Source: the human T2T-CHM13v2.0 reference genome, Homo sapiens
Assembly: GCF_009914755.1 (NCBI RefSeq)
Contig: NC_060925.1
Strand: one strand, 5' to 3'
Length of the DNA: 64,000 nt
This document shows, in pieces, positions 28,481-39,790 of the stretch. The position numbers and the translations under genes were made by a program. Each line of letters begins with the position of its first letter. Positions within the stretch are counted from its first letter, which is position 1. The notes below the pieces were generated by a model. It was not told where the DNA came from, did not search any database, and saw nothing but the letters and a program-made list of their open reading frames with translations.

Positions 28481-31132
28481 AATGAACTACTTAGAACTAT
28501 CTGCAGATAGGCTTATAAACTTATAAAGTTTCAATTAATTTTTATAGAAACAAAAATAACTCTGGGTTGTTGCAATGTTTTGAAGTGAAAATATAAATTT
28601 TTAAAAAACTCTCTAAAATGGTATGTTTCAAAAAGAAAAGTATATGAAGCTGAGGGAAGATTACATAAAACTGAAATCAAAGTTGGATTTCTATTATTGC
28701 TCCTCCTGATTATTAAACTGGGGACCACACTTTATAATTTTTAAAGTTTGTTTATTCACTGTCCTTTTGTCAATCTCAAATTATTTCTGAGAATCTAACT
28801 TCTACATTTAAACTAGTTTCAAACCTATCTAACATTAATCCTTATATGCATACATCATTTCTAAAATGAATCTAGGGCAATTTTTGAGCATTATTATTAT
28901 ATCTAAGTCTTCCTTCCCATCAACAAAAACAAAACAAAAATTCAAAGTGTCTTTTTTGGGCAGCTCTTTTACAAATCACTAACCAAAATGCCTATTAGCC
29001 TAACCAAACATCACTCTTGCAGTTTACTTAATAACGTCATTCTGTTTAGTTATGACAGCTTTTAAACTTGGTAAATTAGAGAATTGGTCACTGTCACTGG
29101 TAAAGATGGTTACAAAAATTAAAGACATTAAAACAATTTACCTATTTTAGCAGAAATAATTTACTTTAAGTAACTACATGTAAAATAGTAACCCAAACTT
29201 TCAAAGTGTTTCAAAACTGCTGGAACATTTTTAGACAAGACTTAAAAAATCTGCAAAAAACAAACACAGCAACAACAACATCAAACACATGGCAAGGAGA
29301 AGAGGAACTCTTCTCCTCTTATAAAAAAGGATTATACCCTATCTCTAGCCAGCATTATAATGATTAATGTGCTGATTTTGTTATATATTACTACTTTTCA
29401 TATTCCAGAGTAAAAAAAGGAAACATTACAATTGAAAAAACGTTTAAAATAACAAACTTAACCCAAGCTTTCATAAATGAACTATGATAATGAGAAGCTG
29501 GAACAATACACACTTTCCAAGATCATATACACTACTTTCTCATGTGCGAAAATGAATATTCTCTTGTTGGAAGTAACATAAAACTTAGTTACTAACAGAC
29601 TGCAACTGGCAACTTAATTAGGTAATGACGCATGCAAAGTACTTAGCAGAGTGCCTGGTTCATCATAAAGATGAACCATAAAGAAAAGTCATTATTACTA
29701 GCAGTGCTTTATTGTGGGAAATTGTTTTTGAACAAGATGTGGCTTCACTACAATACATAAGTGGATTGTGAGCAAGAAATACAGGACTGGAAACAATTGT
29801 AGAAACTTAACTGACTCTGTGGAAACCTACTAAAAAGCTTCCAAGTGAAATTTGAACTGTGCAAATAGACTTGTGTAAAATATTTTTGACACACTAATTC
29901 TGGTGCATCTCTTTCAACTTCAAACCAACAATATTAAAAACATGTATTATCCACTTCTCAAAGAATTCTCTAGCAAGTAGAAAATTACCGTGCAAAACCA
30001 CTTCCATTGTATGTTGTAAATCTAAGTGTTGTGTGCATTAGAAATGTAGACACAAACTTCCTATCCCCCACGACTGCAGGAGCCTGTGTCAATCAAATGT
30101 CCGCTGCCCCACGCATGCCCCCTGCCAAATGCACATTACGGCAGTAGTTTCATTTTAGGCTCTCTAATTGAAGTGTAAAACTGCCCCCAAACATCTATAC
30201 TTACTATTTCCCATTCTACCATTTCTTCTTGAGGAAAAATTGCCAGATATTTCAGAAATCTGCTATTTCAGCACAATTTCAGATTTGGCAAGAATCTACT
30301 TTGAGATGCTAAAAAGATTAGATGAGCTCATCCTAAAACGATGATTAAATCTTTATGGTTTTAAAAAGCACTCTCCACAAAAACAGAATAGGGACATGTG
30401 AGAAAGAGTTTTATCAATACTATGCAAACAATTTTTAAAGGAAGGCATGCAATACACATGCACTTCATTTCTGTACAGTTTGAACCTAGCACGCTTTAAA
30501 AAGAGGAAGCTGCCCAGCATCCCACCCCTCCAGAATGTCTAGCATTCCTGGCAGGCAGTACTCTCCTTTGACCAGCCAAAACTACTCTTTGCCAAAGAGC
30601 AAGTTCCTCATCCAAGAATTTAAATAAAGAGGGAAGAATGGAGCAACCAAAATGGACAGCCGACGGTGGTAACGACGGACAAAAGATAAACTATAGACAA
30701 GAGATACAGTCACAGAGACAGATGGAGAGAAGGGAAGGAGAGCTCAGCTCCTGCCATTAGCAGGTAATATCCTGCCCTCCGAAAACATTTGGGGCCAATA
30801 CCCTCTGAGAAAGTTTTAAAAAGATAAACATAGAGACAAGAGGCTCGTCAGTCACGAGGGTTCCACCTTGAAACGTCCAACTCCAGCTCACCCGCCCCCC
30901 AAAAAATTTTTTTTTTTAATTAAAACTGTCAAACCCCAAAACACGTCCACAATTGAACTGGGACAAACCTCTGAGACTGAGGAAAACTCTCAACGAAACC
31001 CAAAAAACACAGACCAGGAGAAAATGCACCACGGAAATCCTAAAATATCTCAGGAATGAGAGCCCAACTGGAGTGAGGGCTGCAGTCAGGGCAGGTGGGA
31101 GCGGGAATAGAATCCAGGCAAGAACACAGACC

Positions 31133-31365
31133 CATAGTGATCAGGAGCACGGATTCCGGAGCAAAAGCGCCTGGGTTTAGGTCCTGACGCTGCCAACCAC
31201 TAGTCTGTGTGCTTGGGCAGGTTTTTAACCTCGGTTTCCCCGTGTGAACCGAGTCGAACAATCATGGAGTGTTCTGAACATTAAAAGAGTTAAAATGTGC
31301 AAAGGCTTCAGAACAGCAGGCGGACCCGTTGTACGCGCTGTGTGCTAACTTTAATTACGATCGTC
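31133..31365 (+). mobile_element. CpG-rich MIR abutting the proximal CpG island
   Basis: tagtgatcaggagcacggattccggagc...cctgggttt...ctgtgtgcttgggcagg...cctcggtttcccc...attaaaagagttaaaatgtgcaaagg is colinear with the MIR consensus. Confidence 0.75.
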
Positions 31366-31637
31366 ACCGTCTGCTCCCGGCCACCGCTGGCGTCCTCCCC
31401 AGCTCGTCCGCGCCTCCCTCGCCGGGCGCGCCCCTAGCCCCGGCCGGACCCTTCCCGTGGACTCCAGTCCTGGCTCGAGGACACCCGTCCCTAGCGCAGC
31501 CTGCCACCGCTTCCACTCGGGGCCGCCCCGCGGGCCTCCCGGACCCTGGACGGCAATTCGCGGGCGCTCGCGCGGGCAACCCCAGCCCGGAGCCACGACC
31601 GCCGCGGCCGGAGCAAGCGCCACCTCCTCACACTCAC

Positions 31638-31810
31638 CACGGCGCTCCATCTCGCGTGCCGGACGCGGACGCCCGCCCCACACCTACGGCCGCCGCCACC
31701 GCCGAGGGCTGGAGCTCGCTGCCCCCATCCCCCACGGCCTGCGGACGCCCGGCCAAATCTCAGCCGCAGCCGCAGCCGCAGCCACAGCCACAGGCACCAC
31801 CACCACTGCA
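31638..31810 (-). other. ARHGAP29: ARHGAP29 non-coding exon 1 (proximal); 3' end exact, TSS approximate
   Basis: Consensus donor CCGTG|gtgagt at 31638/31637 inside the CpG island, downstream (minus sense) of CCAAT and GC boxes; nearest such exon to the exon 2 acceptor. Confidence 0.75.
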
Positions 31811-31850
31811 GCCGCCACCGCCCCTGCAGCTACCGCCACGGCCGCACCGC
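31761..31850. repeat. (CAGCCG/CAGCCA)n hexamer and (CAC)n low-complexity tract at the proximal TSS/5'UTR
   Basis: cagccgcagccgcagccgcagccacagccacaggcaccaccaccac. Confidence 0.85.
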
Positions 31851-32254
31851 CCGCCCGCCAGCCCCGCCCCCTGGAGCCCAGCCCATTGGCCCGCGCTCCC
31901 GGGGGCGGGGCCGGCGACCGCGGCAGGTACGGGAGGCAACTAGCTCGCGCGCAGAACGCGACCGTCAGTTGCGCGCGGCCGGACGCTGTCCCAGCATCAC
32001 GGGCTGCGTCGGCTGCCCTTTTGGCTTGCAGGGGACAGGCAGAGCGACTCAGAGAAAAGTCACCTGAGGACTAGATGCGGCTAATGGCCAGATGAGCAGC
32101 TACATTTCTTATGAGACACTTCTGTGGATCGCCTTTTTCCTCCCTCTTCCAGGGGTTAGGGCCTGGGGAAGGGCGCCACACGTCTGAATGAAGAATGAAC
32201 TACCTCAAAACCAGCCATCTACTCTGCCCCTCTGCCCTCTATGGAGGGTAATAG

Positions 32255-32591
<337 letters not shown>

Positions 32592-32744
32592 CTTTCTTTC
32601 TTAGCTGCACTTTCAAACTCACTTCATAATGAGAAGAAAAAAAAAAGTCTGAGAAAGATGGAATAATTATAGCAAGCAGGGCTAGAAAGCACATAGTCCC
32701 TATATCACACCACTCGCTGGAACAAGCGATGGCACTTACCTCAG

Positions 32745-34555
32745 TGCTGGAACATTCAGAAAGAACTCATAGAGAAACAGAGGAAAAAACACAGGGAGGG
32801 AGACTGTGGGTAGCGCTGGGGTCTGCGAGAAAAATGACCACACACGGGAGAAACAGAAAAAGACACAGGAGAATGTGCTGAGGAAAACTGGAAAGAAAAT
32901 GAGGTGCAGACACAGGAAAAGGGAAGAAAACCAAGGAAGGCAGAAATAAGTGAAGGCAAAAAGAGAAAATAAGGAAGAAAAATAAAAGGAGAGACTACCC
33001 ACTTAACAAACAGAAAAGTAAGTGAGCATGACAGAACCAAAAGTAGGGTAGCGGGGCAAGAGAAAAACTCATTGACAAAGAAAGAGAAGAGGGACATCTT
33101 ACATAGACATATCTTTGAACCCTTACAGGAAAAACAATGCTAAGAAAATACAACAAATTTGGCTCCTCAGGTGCTACTTAGAAAAGATAAATAAGAAAAC
33201 TCAGCTCCTTGGTTACTTTGGCACCATACTGGATTTTTTGGACTCAACTTACACAGATTTTCCCCTCAAATCCCCAAAATAATAGTAACAAGGTCCTGCC
33301 ACAAATAGGAAACCTCAAAAACCAAAATTCCTTCTAATCGTGCTGAAAAAGAAAAATGCGCCAAGGACTCTCACCATGGAAGCCAATGATGCCTGAACTG
33401 AAGCAAACTAATAAGAGGAGACAAAGGAGTCCCCAGGCCAAGGGGAGGCTGAACAGTGCAACTACGATTCAATCATAAGTAAGGTTTTTGGAAGGAAATT
33501 TTTGAGGAAGTCCCTCAACCTCAAACACCCTCTTAAGTCTATTTTAAAATATATTATTTTGCACTTATACACCATTTCCCTTAATAAAGAGGACTGTGTT
33601 GCTGACTAAAATGGAACTGGAAGCATCACTGACAAAATCATGAACAAGTTCCTGATGGAGAGAGAGGGTGTATGGATGGAGGTGGGGGTGTGACAAAGAG
33701 AAAGGAGCTCACAAGGAGGAGAGAAAAGCAGGGAAAGAGAGACAAAGGGAGAGACAAATATGTGAGAAGGAAAGAGAGACAACAATAAAGGAGAAAGAAA
33801 GACAAGAGGGAAAGAAGAAAGAAATATGCAGAGATAAGGGGAAGCAGAGAAAGAAAATGAGATGGAGAGAGATAAGGAAGATAAAAGAGACAAACAGAGG
33901 TGATAGAGATACCCACCGATAGAGAAAGGAAAGAGGGTCATTTCTCACATGCAAACAGTTCTGGGGGAAATGAAGCCAATTAGGCTCTGAGGTTGTTACC
34001 TTAAAAATACAAACATAAGAATCCAAGGCTCCTTGATTACCTGCTTCCACAATTATTTTTCAGACTTAATTTTTAAAATTTTTTCCATTACACCTCAAAC
34101 CTAACAGTACTAATATGACAAGCAGTACTGAAGACACCTAAAAAACAAAGACTCCTTCAAACCCCACTGGAGAATGATGCACCATGGACACTCACCCAGT
34201 GATGACTCAAAACTGAAGGACATCAGTGGGGGATGAAGAAAGAATTCTGAAGGCCAAGGAGAGTGGGGTTGGACAACTCTCAGGGAGCTCAAGGAAGCAA
34301 ACTCTGTCCCTCATAGCTGCTCTGGGTTATTCTCAACACCCCCTAAACCAGAACTACCCCTAAACCATCCCAAAACAACCAACTACTGTGCATAGGATCT
34401 GACACAGAGTCACAATAGTTGGCTATTTGGGAATCGAGGAATGTTACTTAGAAGGTTAAATAAACTATAAGTAAGGTTGTCTAAGGGAAATTTTGAGAAG
34501 TCTCTCAATCTCAATCCTCCTCTTAAACCTTTAAAAAAATACATTATCTGCCATC
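32745..34555. repeat. Ancient diverged tandem duplication (~0.9-kb units) with GA-rich tracts
   Basis: Colinear matching blocks 33155-33565 vs 33977-34552. Confidence 0.7.
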
Positions 34556-35179
34556 CTTCATCCAGAGGATGATGACATTTGGAAATATTTGCAAAAATGG
34601 TAGTTTACTTTTAATTTAAAAGGGTTATTTTATTAATCTCCCCTGACTTGATTTTGTTTGAAGTAATTTATCACACAAATACACTTTAAATATGAAAAGC
34701 ACATTAATAGATGCAATAATACCTTTCTGCAAGTCCGAAATTCTTGGTCTATAATAAAATTGTAGTGTTCAGAAAAAAAGAGTAAAACCATCAGTATATC
34801 TACCATAGCAGTCCAATAGCTTAAGTTTTTCAACAAGTTGCAGAAAAACATTTCTGGAAGCAACATATAATTTTTTTTAAATACTTGTGTTTTTACCATT
34901 TATATTACTATTGCCTCTAGTATTTTTTCCTTCTCAAACAGAAATTCACATCCTCTATGACACTGTTCAAGTCAGCCATTCGGTGCAGCCTTAACTTTTA
35001 TATTCCCCAAATCTTCCTCATGTGTTCTCTTCAAAATGTTTGTGGTACCAGACTGCACAGATTAGTATTCTTTCTATCTGCAGTGGTGACATTACCAGTA
35101 CTGTTAATTTTACTTCATCTTCCTGAAGACAATTCTGTAGTTTAGGTAGCCTACTTTTCATAGCAGAACATGGGTCTAA

Positions 35180-35361
35180 AAACATTTGACAATATCTGGA
35201 GACATTTTTTGTTGTCATAACTGGGGAGGGGGATTCTACTGACATCTAGTGGGCAGAGGACAGGGATACTGCTAAACTTCCTACATGCATAGGACTACCC
35301 TCATCCCCAAGAAAGAATTATCCTGCCCAAAAGGTCAATAGTGTCAAGGTGAAACACCCTG
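35180..35361. mobile_element. MER20 DNA transposon
   Basis: catttgacaatatctggagacattttt...catctagtgggcagagg...aagaattatcctgcccaaaa. Confidence 0.8.
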
Positions 35362-35528
35362 TTCTATATCCAATTACCACTTTATAAAAAACTATAAGAC
35401 CTAAGAACTTGTTAAATTATGCCACAGTATATACCCAGAAAAATCTGGACTGTGGGCCATTTTATAGCATAAACGTGATTTCTTCAACAAATAAACTGCA
35501 GGAAAAAAGATGGAAAGAAAAATCTCTA

Positions 35529-35854
<326 letters not shown>

Positions 35855-35979
35855 TTATATATAATTATATATATATCTTATATATATAATTATATATGAT
35901 ATATATAATTTATATATGTAATTATATATGATATATAATTTATATATATATATTTATATATATATATATAAAATCAAAT

Positions 35980-38900
35980 GGAGGAATAAATAAAAAGACA
36001 TACTCTTCCCTGTAGTAAACAACTAGAAAAATGGACAAAATATATATTGTTTTCAGACACCGAACTACACACCGCACTGGGCTCAGGGCTGTCATCTCTG
36101 AGAGATGGGATCATAAACAAATGAGGTAAGCCCCACAATTACCCCAACTTTCTGCCTAAAGTCACATTCTTGACCATAGCACCCTTGACAACTTGAAGAG
36201 ACAGAGATCATGGTTCCAGGAGATTGGAGTTGCCAGAATCTGTAGGACAGAGTACCAGAGACTAAGGATGTAGAAAAAGAAAGAGCTCCAGAAATTTGCA
36301 TAGGGAATTTCTTAATTATCTTGCTGAACACCAAGATGCACATGTATACAGCAAAACACAACAAGGATTGGCAAATAATTTCCAGAAAGCTATAGATGGA
36401 CGATTCCCAGGTTTCCCACAGGGCTGGAAGAACTCCACATTTTCATCAGCCAGAGTAGAGAGACCTACTGAACACCCCAGGGAGACCCCAGGGCATGCCT
36501 CATAGTACATCTAACCTAGCTTTAGTGAAAACTATACTCTAGCCACACCCCAACAAAGCTTCAAAACAGGCACATTTTATAATTTTTTTAAAAGCTGATG
36601 TTTAAAACAAAGTAGTAACAATATGTTGTGGCATTTATAACATATACAGAAGCAAAATCTATGACAATAGCGTAAAGGAGGAGGAAATGAAAGTATACAG
36701 TAAGGTTCTTACATTATAGGTAAAGTAGTGTAATACTATTTGAAGGTATACTGTAAGTTAAAAATATATACTAAAATCTCCAGAGATAAAGTTAATTAAG
36801 CCAATAGTGGGCATAAATAGAATTTCAAAAAATCAAAAAAAAAAAAAGGCAGGACAAGAAGAAAAAGGAAACAACAAATGGAACAAATAAAAAAACAAAC
36901 AGCAAAGTAACAGACTTAAACCCAATCATACCAATAATTACATTAAATATAAATAATATAAACAGCCCAATAAAAAGGCAGAGATTCTCAGAGTGAGTAA
37001 AAAAGTAAGACCCAACTATATTTTTCCTATTAAAACACAGACTTGAAATATAATGACACAGATATATGGAAAGTAAAACAACAGAAAAAGACACACCATG
37101 CAAATATTAATCATAAGAAAGCCAAAGTAGCTCTATAATATAGGTATCAAAGAATTTTACCAAGGATAAAAAGCAACATTTCATAATGATAAGTGAGTCA
37201 TTTCATCATAATGACAACAATCCTGAAGGTATCTGTACCAAAAATAGAGGTCCAGAGTATGAGAAAAAAACTGAGAGAAATGTATGGAAAAAATAGACAA
37301 ATCCCCAATGACAGTTAAGATTTCAGCACTCTTCTCTCAGTAATTGATAGAATAACAGAAAATCATTAAGGATCATTAAGGACATAGAATACTTGAATAG
37401 CACTATCAATCAACTTGACCTGATAGACATTTACAGAAAATTCCACCAAAAAACAGAATATGCATTCATTTCAAATGTATATGGAATATTCATAAGATAG
37501 GCCATATATGGGATAAAAAGAAGTCCCAATGAACTTAAGAGGACTGAAATCACACAGTGTATGTCCTCTGATCAAAACAAAATTAAATTTGAAACTAGTA
37601 ACAGAAAGATAGTCAGGAAATCCCCAAATATTTGTAAATTATAAAATATAACTTTAAAATAACCAATGGGTCAAATTTCCACAAGGGAAATTTTAATATA
37701 TTTTGAACTGAATGAAAATGAAAACCCATTTCAAAATGTGGAGATTACAAAGTAAAAGTCATGGTTAGATAAAATACACAGTTTTAGATGCTTTATTGTA
37801 AAAGAGAAGGGTCTAAAGTCAATATCTAAGCTTCCACTTTAAGAAGCTAGAAAACAAAGAGCAAATTATACCCAAAGTAAGCAGAAGGAAGTAAATAATG
37901 ATAAGAACAGAAATCAGTGATTTAGAAAACAGAAAACAGAAAAAAATCAATATAACCAAAAGCTGGTTCTTTGAAAAGATTAAATTGATAAATATCTAGC
38001 TAGGCTGATCGAGAAATAGAGAAAACACAAATCACTAATATGAATGGAAGAAACGACATCAGTACAGACCCTACAGACACAAGGATAAAAGGATACAAGG
38101 GAATGTTACAAAAAACTTTGCCAATAAACTTAACTCAGATGAAATGGAAAAATTCTTTGAAAGACACAGATTACTAACCCTGACACAAGAAACAGAAAAT
38201 GTTAATAGCACTACATGTATTAAATAACTGAATTCATTATTTAAAATTTCCCACAAAGAAAACTACATCTACATGAGCTTCACTGATAAAATTCACTGAA
38301 CCAGATAAAATAATCCTATACAAACTCTTGGAAAATACAGGAGACAAGAACACTTCCCAACTCATTCTATGAGGCCAGCATTACCCTGATACCAAAACCA
38401 GACAAAGACATTACCAAAAAAAAAAACCACACACAAAAAAAACAAAAACACACACAAAAAACAAATTTCTTAACACAGTATTAGCAAGTCAAATCCAACA
38501 ATATATAAAAAGGATAATACATAATGCCCAAGAAGGGTCTGTCCAAGGAATGCAAGCTTAGTTTAACATTCACTAGAAAAAAACCATGTGATCATCTCAA
38601 AAGATGCAGAAAAAGCATCTGACAAAATTCCATGGCCATTCATGATTAAAACAGTCAACAACGTAGGAATAGAAGATAATTTCTTCTATCTGATAAAGGG
38701 CATCTACAAAAAAACCGACAGGTTTTCTCCTTAAGATCAGGATTAATATTGTTACTGAGGGTCTTAGCCAGTACAGTAAGACAAGAGAAAGAAATAAAAT
38801 GCATTCACATTTAAAAAGAAAGAAGTAAAATACTCAGAGATGGTGGGTTGGGGACTTAAAAAAAAATCTTAAGAAGCCTATAAGCTACTACATCTAATAA

Positions 38901-39790
38901 ATGAATATAGCAAGGTCACAGAATACAAAGTTAATACACTATAATCAATTTTATTTCTATACACTAACAACAAACAATTGAACAAAAAAATTTAAAACTT
39001 CTGCTCTTTGAGAGACAGTGTTGAAATAAAACACAAGCCACAAATTGGGAGAAAATATCTGACAAAGAATTTGTAACCAAATATATCAGGAACTCTTACA
39101 ATTCAATAAAAATAAAACAACAATCCAATAAAATAATGAGTAATGAAGTGAACATATGCTGCACAAAAGAAGATACACAACTGGGCAATAAGCACATGAA
39201 ATATTGCTCAATACCATTAGTATCAGGGAAATGCAAATTTCAACTTCTATGAGATACCACTGAATAGTCAGAAGAAATTTTAATTTCAGCTAGACTGAAA
39301 TACTAAGTGTTGGTGAGGATGTAGGGCAACTGTAACTGTAATACATGCTTCTACATACAAGGTATACAATCACTTTGTGAAACAGCCTGGCAGTTTCTTA
39401 CACAGGAAATGTACATTTAACATACAACCCAGTAATTCTCCTTTTGTATGCATCCAAAAGAAATGAAAACATATATTCACCCCTAAACTTGTATACAAAT
39501 GCATAGCAATTTTTTTCATGATAGTCAAAAACAAAACAACCCAAACTCCATCAACAGATAAACAAACTGTGGTACAGCCTTACGATGGAATACTATTTAA
39601 CATTACATATCCATGACATAGGAAAAAATCATAGATGAATCTCAAAAGCATTAAGCTAAATGAAAGAAGCCAGGCACACACACACTGTATATCTTTGGTA
39701 TGATTCCATTTACATAAAATTCTAGAGAATATGAACCTAATCTTAAATGACAAAAGAATTTCGTTGCCTAGGAATGCAGTGGTGGTGTAG
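35980..39790 (+). mobile_element. Degraded old L1 (L1M-type): 5' region, ORF2 remnants, 3' UTR
   Basis: aaaagctggttctttgaaaagat, ctcattctatgaggccagcattaccctgataccaaaaccagacaaagaca, gatgcagaaaaagcatctgacaaaattc. Confidence 0.85.

Larger units (their letters stand above)
31330..32070 (-). promoter_or_regulatory. Proximal CpG-island promoter of ARHGAP29 (GC boxes 31861-31870 and 31902-31911; CCAAT on minus strand 31885-31889)
   Basis: Very high GC and CpG density against an AT-rich background; GGGGCGGGGC and ATTGG motifs read directly. Confidence 0.9.

Noticed and set aside
31329-32074. 204-aa and 205-aa plus-strand ORFs and overlapping minus ORFs (poly-PQ, poly-A/T)
   Set aside because: Expected stop-poor frames in a GC-rich CpG island; most begin at non-ATG codons; the repeats come from the CAGCCG tract; indels in the paralogous copy break them.
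32736-34050. F/L/S-rich ORFs that look like membrane proteins
   Set aside because: Translation of CT-rich low-complexity tracts.
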